Origin: Amoebophrya sp. A120
Lineage: Eukaryota > Protista > Dinoflagellata
Length of the DNA: 64,000 nt
Assembly: GCA_905178155.1 (NCBI GenBank)
Contig: CAJINV010000008.1
Span: 3,621,420-3,685,419, forward strand
Direction of reading: 5' to 3'
Part shown: positions 13,901 to 26,300 of the stretch, in pieces
How the letters are laid out: the number at the start of each line of letters is the position of its first letter
Position numbering within the stretch: the stretch's first letter is position 1
Position numbers and translations under genes: made by a program
The notes under the pieces: model-generated
What the model was told of the DNA's origin: nothing
The model's input: only the letters and a program-made list of their open reading frames with translations
The model's database searches: none

Positions 13901-14682
13901 TACTTCTTGGCTTTTTTTTTGCCCGATATTCTCGAGAATACACTCAGAAGTGCACAAAACAGCTTTGTAAGCTTGTTTATGATAAAGATAAATATATGAA
14001 TAGCAACGTAAATAAGCACGACCACACTTGAAATGCTGAAGCAAATCCCTACAAGAACCCGTCTACTATTTTACAGGAGCAGCGTCCGCACAGCAATTGC
14101 AGCAGGCTGCAGCGTATCAAATGTAAAAATGTCTGGGTCTGGAAAAATTCACGTTTGTCATGCTTGTCTGGCATGACTCTTAAATCTGTCATGCACGTTA
14201 CCCAAGAGCTCCGTTTTTCTGTGATGCAGAGGCACAGTTTGTCATGCAGAATAGGCAACACCTAGGAGCTCAGAAACTTGTCATGCTGAGCCAGCATTCG
14301 TAGCCTCATCATGAGACGCTACCCAGCATCACAAGTTTCCAGACCCAGACATTTTTTCAGTTGATACAGTGATGGCAGAGCAGAGCCTGCAGATGAATGG
14401 TGCCGGTAACCACGATCGAGGAAACGGGGTAGATGCTTTGTTCTCGGACAATGTGATGAACAACGACGCGGACTTGCAAGACATGATGGGTTATCCTGTG
14501 CAAAAGTATCGCACTCGTACTAATTGCAGTTGTGCATGACAAATTTCCTTTCCAAGGTAAAACAGCATGACAAATGCAATTCTTTATGCTGTTAAAATTT
14601 GCAATGCAATTTATACCAGTGCCATGGTTTTGCAATTCATATGGTCCTGTTTGAGGACGAAGAGCCTGACGGTGTAGAGTGA
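7940..14682 (+). CDS. Large low-complexity, probably nuclear protein (~1343 aa, 11 exons), function unknown
   Basis: Four GT-AG introns (9424-9768, 10291-10621, 13308-13628, 13900-14076) plus six introners. After removal the length is 4032 nt, one open frame linking ORFs 7940, 9141, 10008, 10636, 12186, 12954 and 13653. Lysine-rich NLS-like tracts and poly-Q. Confidence 0.75.
8745..9115. mobile_element. Introner, family A (degenerate); DR GTTTG/GTTTG
   Basis: TATCAAATGCAAATAT...ATATTTGCAATGCATA. Joins NLF|APNSN. Confidence 0.85.
12008..12208. mobile_element. Introner, family B; DR CCAGT/CCAGT
   Basis: TAGGCATTACAAAAG...CTTTTGTACAGGATA. Joins PYQ|YSGNN. Confidence 0.8.
12300..12553. mobile_element. 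Introner, family D; DR ACGAT/AGGAT
   Basis: TATGAGAGTGCACA...TGTGCACTATCATA. Joins SEDD|EDND. Confidence 0.85.
12650..12928. mobile_element. Introner, family C; DR GCGGA/GCGGA
   Basis: 32-bp TIR TATCCTGAGTAAAAACGTmCCCACACCAGAGT with 1 mismatch. Joins DLR|NRRT. Confidence 0.95.
14115..14366. mobile_element. Introner, family A; DR CAGCG/CAGTG
   Basis: TATCAAATGTAAAAATGTCTGGGTCTGGAAA...TTTCCAGACCCAGACATTTTTTCAGTTGATA. Confidence 0.9.
14492..14641. mobile_element. Introner, family B (inverted relative to 19154 and 38857); DR TGGGT/TGGTC
   Basis: TATCCTGTGCAAAAGTATCGCAC...GTGCCATGGTTTTGCAATTCATA, 150 bp. Confidence 0.85.
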
Positions 14683-17391
14683 CAGCGGCACACCTAAGTA
14701 CTACTACTAGGGGCATCAAAGAAGATAACTGGTCGACTGTCACAATCTTTGACAACTACCGCAACGAACTGCATGTTGTGGTGCGTACGAAGATAAATAC
14801 AAGTGGCCAGCGTCCGAAGTGGAGCGTGCATATAACGCCACCTGACAGACCTACTCAGAGCGACAGCATAACACTCCAAATCTTTTCTACTGCAGCGACA
14901 AAAAAAAACGTATCTGTTATACACCCCTTTGAACTCATCTACGCGACATGAGCAGCGATCCAAAAGAAATGCACACCACAGGAAGTGTAGTTTACGTCCT
15001 AGTCCTTGCGCCGGCTGTGCAGAGCGACAAGCGCCAGCGTCGTGGCAATATATGGCTTGTTCTGAAGCAAGGGTAGGTCCATCAGCGACGCCTACTGTCT
15101 TTGAGTATTCTGTGATTTTGAAAAGTTTGAGCTTTCGTGCAGTTAGTTCCGCTGCACGCTCCGCGGTTCAACTAGGGTTTTTCGTCATCCTGTGTATGGG
15201 AGAGACCAGCCTCCACACGGTGCGGAAAATTTGGCGCTGCTAGGACGTTAGGGTTAGTAGCGCTCCCGCTCTCGCTGTGACAGACTTTGTGGCAGTAGTA
15301 TCCACATTTCCAGCCCTTTAATAATAAGCCAAATAATTCTCGTCGTGTGTAAGAGAATAGAGCGAGGGAACGCGAGGGGGGGGGTCAGTGAGGGAGCGAC
15401 ATTCTTTTAATGCGTATTTGTTAGTTTGAGATTATTTAAGTAGAAACTGTCGACTTGTGTTCCGATCATGATGGGTCGCGCGGTGGGGATTGACCACGTG
15501 TTTTCGGCTTTGTTCGTGAATTTCCCATCACACCGCTTGGCGTGACAGATGTATCTATGGTTTGGATAGTGCGGTACGTCTCGAAGTGGTCGGATACACT
15601 ACATATTTAGATAGAATCGCATGGCCACGCGATGCAGATTTACGGCTGCAGTTGAAGAGAAACGGACTGTCCGCGGTGTGCGGAAAAGCTGACGAATGCA
15701 GAGAAAGTGGATGTGATGCGGTGCCCTGGATCCAACAGCAAAAAGCTCAACCGCCAAGCCCTCGGCGTACCAGGATGATTTTTATCATCGCAGCACTTTC
15801 GCCTTCCCTCGCATGCAATGACGCGCCGAAGTTGATGACCAGCGATTAACGAAATTGAGAAAGAAAAACGCAATCCACGAGCGCAGTGTTGCACTAAGTG
15901 AGGCACTTTGCGCTGATTCCCTGTTCAGGGGCGCATGCATAGCTAGACCGAAGGTGGCAGGGCTGGGAAAACGAAAAAAAATAAAACTCAATGCAAGGAT
16001 TGTGGCCTCGGTCAAGGACAAGAATCAGGTGCACGTCGGACGCCGTGACGAGAGCTTGCGGAGCCTTTATATATTGAGATTGGGCCTGGCCTCTGGGGAA
16101 GGTAGAAGGGCACGCGCTGACGAGGTTCCAACCTTTGGCCGAACGTACCCAGACCACCCATCCAAGGAAACGCTTACTAGTGTGGGTAGAACGAGTTGGA
16201 GGCGAATTGCGCACCATGGATGAGCAGGTGCGAGCATGTGGCTGTTCGAATGTTCGCACGACAATTCCTCGCTCAATCCCAGAGACGAAAAAGTCTGTGT
16301 TGTTTACTTAGCTTGTTCAGAGAAAAAGGGACAGGTGAACGAAGCACGCAAGAAGAGCCTGCGCAAAATGTGAGTCGATAGAGGATCTAATATTATGCAC
16401 CCTATAATGCCGCTCCAGCGCCTGCGGAGGCTTGTTTCCGCAGCGATATTGGACAATGGCAATGTCGGCGCGGTTGTTTTAGCACCCCAAACATTTATAT
16501 TTTCTAGCACAAGCTGCACTGCGACGGAAAAAGCGCAAATATTCCTTGATATGAAACCTATGTTCGGGCAGCCCAAGTTGGTGCGGCTGCGCCATCCGAC
16601 GAGAACTAGCGTTCGGTTCTCCGTTGAGCCGTTTCAAGGTAAAGCTGTTCGGAACATTGCTAGGATACAGATCATCGATCACCGACGCGCCCCGTCTTTG
16701 CGTACGCTATCTATGGTCTCGCGTTTCCGTTTCGCAATCGGTTTATCCGTGACAGGTAAAGTCATGCTCGAAACAAAGGAAAAGGCAGTCGATCAGCTGT
16801 GCATCTCCTTTCAGACCCTGAAGGAAGTATGGTTGGACGATCATGGCTATCGCAACTTTTGGCATTTCTGGAATAAGTACTTACTTACCATGATTGCAAA
16901 TCCATGGATCATCTTCAGTATGATCGATCCATTCGTGTAGTTTTTTCTAACAGAGCGAGGTCCGGCGCTTGGTCTAAGGTCTCTCTTGCGTGTTTTTGTT
17001 TTTTTTTTCGGTCCTCCATAATTCTTGTCGTGCACATACCACATTGCTCATATTTATCAGACTTATTTTCATTATCCCTGGCCGAACGGTAGTGCCACTG
17101 CCTGCCGAAGCCGATGTTTGTTGAAATGATGCAGCGCATTCGCACGGGCTGTCTCTAGCGCGTACTAGCACGGGTGCCGCCTATAGATACAGAACTACGT
17201 GGTCGTGTAGTTTTCCCCCTTCAACATACTTTCTGCAGTCTCGGTCATTCTTCCTACATGCAGCTGCAATTCTTGCGGAGGAGATACTTATTTGGATTTG
17301 CGCCTTTCGTGTTAGATTAGTGCCGACCTTGGCGTACTAGGCCAGTGACGAGACAAGTGACAATGCGGCGAAAAAAATGAAGATATAAGTG

Positions 17392-20300
17392 ATGAATCTT
17401 TTCCTACCTTCAATCTTCTTGTCGAGAATGACTCTCATGTTTCTGTTCCGCATGGGAATCCGCTCTCTATCGGTGTGGACAGCATTTATTTTGCTCATGT
17501 GTCGTCCGCCTGGAGGAGGGCCTACACCGTTTTTCTTCGCCGCTGCCTACTACCTTCCCTACCCGCCCTACTACCGCGCACCCTGCGAATGCGAGGAACA
17601 CAACCGAGCGCACCGCTGGCTGATCGAGGTCATGCTGGCGGACATGTTTGCAAACCCGCGAAGAAGTATGAGTTTTTACCGGTACGACCCGAATGCCCCA
17701 GCCAACTTACGGGAATTTTTCGAGAACTTAAACGACGATGGTTGGTGCCAGCGGTTTATCTCGGGGACGTACTTCGACGTGTTGCGAGAGCGGGGAAAAA
17801 TTCTGAAATTCTACATCGATTTGGTCGAGCAGAAGCAGTTTTGTCTCCCTTTAGAACTTCTCATCCAGATGCTGTATGCGTTGCAAGTAATATGTCTGGG
17901 CCTGGATGAAAGTTGTGATAGGCAAGGCCTCTAGGCTTGACAAATTGTCGAGCTGCTATGTGTTGCGTATTCCGCAGGGCGAACTGCGTCTATGCATGCC
18001 TGACAGGAGGCTGTTCTCGTTGCACAGCATCACAGAGTCTCAGGTCATGTCAGACAACCTTTGCACATCAATGCACTTTCCTGGAGGGCGAAGGCCTCAT
18101 ACAATCCCGCACCATCTCAGACAAGCACGACAAGCCTGGCTAGCTACTCATATTCCAAACCCAGACAACCTATTTCTAGTTAATATGCTGTGCCTTCAGA
18201 CCATGATCGAGGACATGCGGTTCACCCACGTTTACCGGCAAGACAAGGCGGAGTTGCTGCACGTATACCAGAATCAAATGCTGTTGTTGGACTCCATCGG
18301 GCAAATTTTGCCCTTGGTGATCCATTATGCATTGCAAACATGTCTGGGTCTGCAAGGATGCGAACTTGTGATGCGTGTTGTGGATCATACGAAAATCTGT
18401 TTTGCATGACTTGCAAAAGGCCCCCATTTCTGGCCATGCTGAGAGGGCATTTCTCATGCAGAATAGGCATCACCAAGGGGCTGCAGAACCTGTGATGCTG
18501 GGCACTGCATAATTCCAGACTTGGTGGATCTTGGATAAACTGCATGACAAATACCGGAATCTTCCAGACCCAGACATATTTGCACTGCATATCCACTGCT
18601 TCGCCGACGAGCCGTTCTTCAGTCTGGGAGAGGAACGAGCCGGGATCGTGCAGGAGAGCAGTTTACGCATGGATGAAGATTTATTTCCTGGCGGGGCTAG
18701 ATTTGTCATGCGAGATTGCTATCATGCCGGGGGGAAGATTTGTGTTGTTTGAACATGGAAAAGATTGGGGACTAGCTTTTGTGGTGCCGGAAGGCAGCTT
18801 GATATCATTCAGGTAACGCATGAAAGTGTATTTTAATCTGTCCCGTAAAACATCTGATGTGGTTACTTACTTATGTTGTACAAATTGGTAGCACGCTACA
18901 AGAACTTTCGCTTTCCAGGTGTCCAGGGATACTGTTTTGCATTCGATACAGCCTGGTGAGTTCGAAGAAGAAGGTCTGGAACTTGTTTGGTCGCGCTGAC
19001 GGGGAAGCCGCGTCACCTGGCACAAGCAACTTTCATCCTCCTGAGGTGCCACGAGATCAGCTGGAAGGTATGTTCGGCCAGAACAACGTCCAGCGGCGCC
19101 AGGTCCTCGTGCACTGGGACAGCCTGCGCACGGAATTGGCAGCGTTGGAGTTGTATGCACTGCAAAAGTATTGCATCAGTATCACAACTACGTAGAATTT
19201 GAAGTTGAAAAGTGAAATTTGTTTTGCTGCGTTCCCTGAGGATTGAAATTCGTCGTGCGTGACTGCATTTTGCACGAGTGCAATTATACGTTTGCACAGG
19301 ATGAGTTGAAAACGTACGGCCCGAAAATTCCGGCCGAAATAGCAACGGGAGCGGGCGGTCGAACAGCCTCGAAGATAGATGGCGCAAGCTTTTTTCTCCG
19401 CAACCTGAAGCACTACCACCACCAGTGGGCGTCCGTCATCCGTGCGGCTGATTTGGTGGAGACCTACTGGATATCAACTGCAAATGTTTCTGAGTCTGGA
19501 AGAATGCGAACTTCAACTTGCGATGTGGTTTGCCTGTCTTTCTTTGGAAGGCAAAAATGTGTGGTGCGCATTAATTGGTCAGCAGAAAATGCGCAGTAGG
19601 AGGAGTAGAAGGCATTTCGCATGCAGACTACAGCCTAGGGGAAGAGCCCCCCACAATTTATCGCGATGTGTGCACAATGCTAGACAACTGTCTTGCAGAT
19701 GCAAAAACTGCATGAGGCCGCATGTCGGCTGCGTTCTTCCACCAGACGAACCAGACACGTTGCAATGCATACTGGAGCTGGTTCGAGAAGTATCCCACGA
19801 AAAAAGTGTTACAGTTACACATTTGTAGTCAATTCAGCAACACAAATTTCTCTGCATGAGAGAGAAAAATAATGCAGAAATCCTACGGGAAAACACCTAT
19901 AAAATCAGGCTCCTATGCATATCCGGCATGACAGAGCTTGTCTGTCTTGCTTGGCCTGCAACACAATGTGTAACTGCAACACTTTTTTCTCACGATAAGA
20001 AGCAGCTCTCGAAGGATCGGCAGGGCTGGGTGGACGAGGAGGTGAGGCTTTGCGAGGGGTTCGGGTTGTTATGAGAGTGCACAACTCCGCCTCCGCCTCA
20101 TTTCTTTGTAAGGCGCGAACAGCAAAAATACAAACACCAGCACGCGCCGTAGAGCCTACGCATGACAAATTTATGCATCTTAAGTTTGGGCTTCCAGGAT
20201 CTGTCATGCAAACAGTGGCACAAGGCAGCGATTGGATTTAAGACATTGCATGACAAATGAGGAGGATGGGGAGTTTTGCACTCTTATAGTTGTACGAGAC

Positions 20301-23300
20301 GCAGGACGTGCTACCGAACCGGGATAGACATCTGTTCATCCCGGCGATCGACCTAGCAACGGTCTACGAGAACGACAAGGAAAGAATCGACGCTGTCATT
20401 CCCATATCGGATGCACAAATGTTTGGTTCTGGAAACTTGTGATGCTAAAATGTGGATGCTGGAAGCATTTCCGAATGCAGCCGAGTTCGACAACTGTCCA
20501 GAGCGCTGTCTTATAGGAAATCCGCACGAGGAACTGCGTGTTTGCATGTACAAACGAGGCTGCGACTTTAGTTGGTTATACAATACAGAGTTTTCCAGAC
20601 CCAGACATCTTTGCATTAGATATCCCAAGCACCCGCAGACAAACCAGCCGGTGTGCAGGTTCCTCGCGTCCCTCCCAATCCCGCAGAACTTGACCGACTC
20701 GGCGTCGGTGTTGGCCAAGCACCGGGCGGCATTGGTGCGGCTACAGGGGAATACGCTGTATCTGGACCTAACTGCTTACGGCGGGTTTTCGAATCTGTTC
20801 GACTGCGAGAAAGCAGACCCGTATCCTGTGTAAAAACGTCCTTACCCCATAGTCAAGTTGGTAAATCTGCAACACAAATCTCAAAGTTTTGGGAGGTTGG
20901 CATGACAAGTTTCCATCTGTAGCGTCGTGCTGTTTAGCAAGGGAAACCGCATGAGAAAGCCAGCCTCTCATCCTGTTTGCAGCATTACAAAGTCCAAAAA
21001 ACGAGTGGAAATGCCTCCCATGCAGATCCGGACTACAAACGTTCCGGTCATTGCGCATTTGCATGACAACTCTGGGGAGATGATGGTGATGGCATTTCGG
21101 TGTCCGCCTGACCCACCTTCCCTGCGTGACAGCCATCTGCGGCCATTTACACAGGGGGAAGCAAAGTGTGTCGCGCTTCGGTTTAGCATGAAAACTCTGG
21201 GGCGGGGACGTTTTTACACAGGATAATGCGTACGGTACCTTCTGGAGCCGGATCGGGGGCATGCTCTTCTCGACGCACTGCGCGCCGAAGAAACAGGACG
21301 AGGAGGAGGACGAGGAGGATAATGCGCCGCCGGCCCCCGGACATCAAGCAACTCATGCCAGCCACAAAGACGGACAGCCGCCGCGGCAACACGACGGTCA
21401 AGAACAGCTGGAAAGAAGAAGTCTGGACGACGAAAATGCGGATAGGAGCTCGACGTTGACCACTACGCAACCGGTGGTACGACGTGAAGAATTATCAGCC
21501 CGCAACGTCCTGCGGCTACAGGACGGCACCGAAATCGAGATGCATGACGAATCGAAACCGTGGGCGCAGAACGCGCTCTCGGGTCGCGAATTGAGCGAGA
21601 ACATGCCCTTCTTCGATTGGGTCAAAGCGAAGGAGAAGGTGACGCTGGAGTGCGACGTGGATCCAAAACGGGAGCAGCTACGCATCGAGCGACACTTGCT
21701 CCAGTACATGCGAAGGTACCCGCACCACGAAAATCAAAACATGCTGGCAAAACTGCTCGTGGAGCAGGAGAAAACTACACAAGCGCGGCAAGCAGCGGGG
21801 GTCCAACCAGCGCAGCGGTGGTATCATGTTCAGCAGCACGGAGAACAACTGGACCAGGAACTAGAGCAGGAACCAGACCAGAATTTACATCACAACGTCC
21901 TCGAAGATGAGAAAGAGCCGATCATAGCGCGCCCATTTTTACCATCGCGTGAAGAAGTGGAAGAACAGCGAAGAACGTACAGACTGGTCAACTATCACAA
22001 GCACCAGGGCTCCCCCTTCGGGTCAGCTTCGAGGCTGGCTGGGACAGGAGCGCGCCAAGATGTAGTAGACCCCAGCAGCGGCAGCGGGGGCAAGAACACG
22101 ATGAGTGACAACTCCGCGCAGGGTCGTGGTCCTACCTTATCTTTCAAGAACACAAACGCGCGCACCCATTCTGTCGCCTGTTTCTCTTTGATTACCTACC
22201 CGTACGAGACCGACGCGATGGCAGCGCTTTCAGAAACGGTGGCCCCGCATTGCGACGAGTTCCTCTTCTTTGTCGCGAACCGCACGAGTCCGGCCAGGTT
22301 TAACGGGTACAGGGTGCACGACTTGGACATTGTCGAGGACGAGTGGAGGCAATCCTCGAAGCAAGTCAACTTCCTGCAAAAGTGGTCGGCGATCTTGCTC
22401 GAGTTAATGCGAGAAAAAAGGATTGGTTTATAATGGTGTAACTTTGTGAAGATGCGCATTTGCTCGCGTCTGTCATGCTGGTCCTGCGTTATTGTAGTGT
22501 AAAAGTAAATTAATTTAATTTCAAGTGCGTTCTCGCTTCCTATCTGCGTATGATAATATCATATTTTGCTTTCATGCCACTGCTCCTGCAAATAAAAGTT
22601 CCGCTTGCACACTTTTTTTCTTGGATACAAGTCGTACGAGCACTACTACAGCAACGACGCGCTGGATGGTGGGCTGGAGTTGGCCGCGAAGCAATTGGAA
22701 CAGCGGGAGGACCGGTTGTCGGAAATCATGCGGGGACGGATTTACGTGCCCAAAGAGAGCGTTCTGACCGCGGGGGAGGAGGAGCGGAGGCTGTATGCGG
22801 AGGTAGAAGGACATGAACAAGCAGCGTCCGGAGAAGATCATGTTGAAGATCAAATGCAAAGTGATCTTCTTCCAAATGTTTCTACGGATGAAAAATCCTC
22901 CAATCAACGGACGCCGTTTCTCGGCGAATATGTGCCTTTCGGCGTCGCTGATGATTTCGAGGACTCAACGTCGGACGAAGCATCGAAAAGAAAAGCCGCT
23001 ACTTCATCACCGGCGCGCGAAAGGGACATACTAGCAAAGCAGGAAGTTATATTCCCCCGCAAAACCGATTTTGCTTCGGAGCAGGAGCAGGTTTTCTACG
23101 AGTCGCGCCGAAACTTCCACGGAACTATCCCACCCGGGGCGGACCACTGGCAGATCGTGCGAAGGTTTCCCAGTGACTTGTCCGATTTGAAAACGGATAG
23201 CGAGCGCATGACACTGCTTAACGAGTTAGAGAAGGCGCAAAAGGTATCCAATGGAAAAGAAGTATGTTGCTCGTTGTACTAGGTGCGTGGTTACATTGCA

Positions 23301-26300
23301 TGGCAGCTTTCTTTTCTAACCTAATAAACCTTAACCTAGCCTCAGTCGCGGATGACCATGTAGAACAAATCGTTGTCAAGCTGGTAGGAGCTCGTCCCCG
23401 ATTTAGGTACTGATAATAAATGCGGTTATTTAAATAACTTCTACAACTAGAAGAACTAGTGCAAGAGCAAGTCCGAGACTTCGACTTGTAGTATTGCATA
23501 CAAGGAGTACAAATTCGCGAAGTTCAAATTTGAAAAGCATGTGGAAGCGATCACACAGATACAGGGGGAGTATGAAGAACAGGAGAGCAGTTCTGGATCT
23601 CGTCCCGACGCCGAACCGCAGAACGGATTGAACAACGTCAAACCCGCAGCGGATTCGATAGATGGCACGGATGAAGTCTTCAGTGAGGACAGAGATGAAC
23701 AAAGGGAACTACAAGAAAGTGGCGAAAGTAGCAGAACAGACCTTCCTAGACAACCCCCGACGTCGTCAAGCATCCACTCTAAGCTGAAATTCATTCCTGA
23801 TTGGTACTGTTTCCTTGAGTCCGACGTGTATTTCATCCCCGAAAACTTCAAGCGCTACGCACTCCTGAACAACTACGACCCGTGGCGGCAAGCGTTGTTC
23901 CTCGGCCACGTGTGGTTGTACGGGAACATTTTGATGGGGCAGGTGACCGAGCACAACTACGGTTCCTGTCTGAGTCGCAGAGCCTACGCGAAGTTGGCGG
24001 TGAAGTTTCAGCAGCTGAAACTCGACGAACTGGAGGAGGAGCGGATTTTGCTGGAAAAAGCGCAGCGGAAAGTGCGGGGAAAGTTGCTGGAGGTGAAAGA
24101 ATTCTTGGAGAATATTGAAACTTCGAAAGGACAACCAGAACCTGCTCCTGTGTTGCGCGAAGAGATGCTATCCTCCTCCTTCTGGATCAAAGCCGAGCAG
24201 GAGAGAATCTGGAAGTCGCAGGAGGTTGGTGTCGAGCACGTGGAAGGGATTCTCCCCGGGGAAATTTTTTCGGAAAGACCCGCGAGGACCGCAACAGTGC
24301 CCGCGGGCGAGCTGCAGGAGGAAGATGACCCCGTAGCTACCGACTTCGTTGTCGCTTCAAGACAAGATGAACGGGTGCGAACAGGTGCTGGCGAAGATCA
24401 TGATGATGCGAAAAAAGAAGTAGTACAACTTCTACCACTACTAGAGCAACAGGCCTCTACTGGAGGTCCTGCACCCACTGAAAAATCTCGTCAACAAGAA
24501 GACGAAACATCAGTAGAGCCTTCCTCGACATCAATATTAACTTTTGACGTGGTTCTGAGCCAATTCCACCACCTTCAAAAAGTGTATTCCGATCTGCAAA
24601 CGCGTTCGCCGTCCCTGAAAGATCCGGAGCTCTACCTCGGCCGCGTCCGCCCCAGTTCCGCAAACCACTTCGGCACGAGAAGGATCCCGTCCCACTTTCA
24701 ATGCCTCCCCTGGAAACCCTATGAGTGGCACGATTCCATCGGGATTGTCCAAGCCTGTCTGTTCGACATCGGCGTCTTCTCCCAGAATCCGCAAAAGGTG
24801 ACGGACAGTCTGGGGCGGTACTACTACGCGCAGGCCCTGAACCGGGTGAGGGAACTGTCCCCGCCGGTGAAGGCCTATGGATTGCAAAAGTGTCTGGGTC
24901 TGGAAGAGTGCAAGATTTGTGATGCAGGTTTTCCATGACCCATGAGGTCTGGAATGCGAGACCCAGCATGACAGATTTTCTGAGGTCTCTATCATGCCTT
25001 TCCTGCATGAGAAACCCCCTCCCAACTTGGTCAAAAGCGGACAGCTCTTGGTACTCACGCAACACAGATTTTTGCATCATTCAGATTGTCTATTGTTTCA
25101 GATTTAGCATGACAAGTTGCATTCTTCCAGACCCAGACATTTTTGCATTTGATAAGGCCAACGACATGACGATCTTGGCGCCGCGGGATGTGCAAGAGCA
25201 GTACAAAATGCTCAAGGGGATGTGGGTGGCGCGGGTGCACGAGAACAAGATCTGTCTGGCGAAGCGGCGGGAGAAGCAGATGCTGCGTTTGTTGTACCTG
25301 GAAAAAACCGCGAAGGTGTTTGTGGGACAAGAGTTTGGTGATGCCCAGGAAGTTGTAGAGGTCGATATGCAACAAGTACAAGCCGACGGTCGTGTTGACA
25401 ACAAGAACGACGAGACGATGGAAGACCAACAAGACCTTCATGTTGCTGATGACAGTGCTGAAGGACATCATCAAACCGACGAGCAGATGAAACGAGAAGC
25501 TACTACAACAATTGTATCGACCCTCCACGCGGACGCGCACAGTCTTCTCTACGGGCAGCACTACTTGGCGTACGGAGACACCGGCGGACTGGACGCGGAA
25601 ACAATGGCAAGGGTAGCTGCGCAGACAGCCGTGACAGATTTTGCAGCTTCGTCTCAACAGCACCGGAACTACAACTCCAGGAGGCAGCTGACAGGCATGT
25701 CAGATGAAAGTAAAAATGGTAATAGAGCGGGACTAAATATTAAAGATTCGCACTTCACCGATGCCACCGCGATGGAGAACGTGCAGAATCTCGTCACGGA
25801 CAGCTTTGCAAAAACGAAAATTTTGGAAAAAGACAGTCGGATGAGCGAGGCAAAGTACGGGCTTGTGGATGAGGTAGTTGGAGAGCATTATCTAGATGAT
25901 GATGTTGTGGATCAACGCACCACGACCACCCAGGATAGTACCCGCCGCGCCACCTCTGCACGACCATCATCTTCCCGTCACCACCTCTTTTCCGAGTCCG
26001 AGCTTCTCGAGTTAGCGGAAGACGGAAAGCTCGAGGCGGCAGTGAATACACAAGATGCAGAGAATCATGCACGAAGCACCGTCCCCTTTTCCACACTGAA
26101 CGCCATCCTGAAAGCGTACGAAGAAGACCAAAAACCGACGTTCGCCTACTCGGAATTCCCCATTTGCTTTCACGGGCACCGGGCGAAAACGCTGAATCAA
26201 GAGGTCATCGTGCGGATATGCACCGCAAATTGTATGATTGAATGTCGTCGTCTGGACGATGAACTCGAATGCACACAATTCTACGTTTTCCGTGTTGAGC

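Noticed and set aside
18321-20627. U12-type AT-AC introns (several elements read ATATCC/GTATCC at the 5' end)
   Set aside because: The ATCC comes from the TIR and is mirrored by GGAT at the 3' end. In the cases checked, no AT..AC pair falls in the frame-restoring register.
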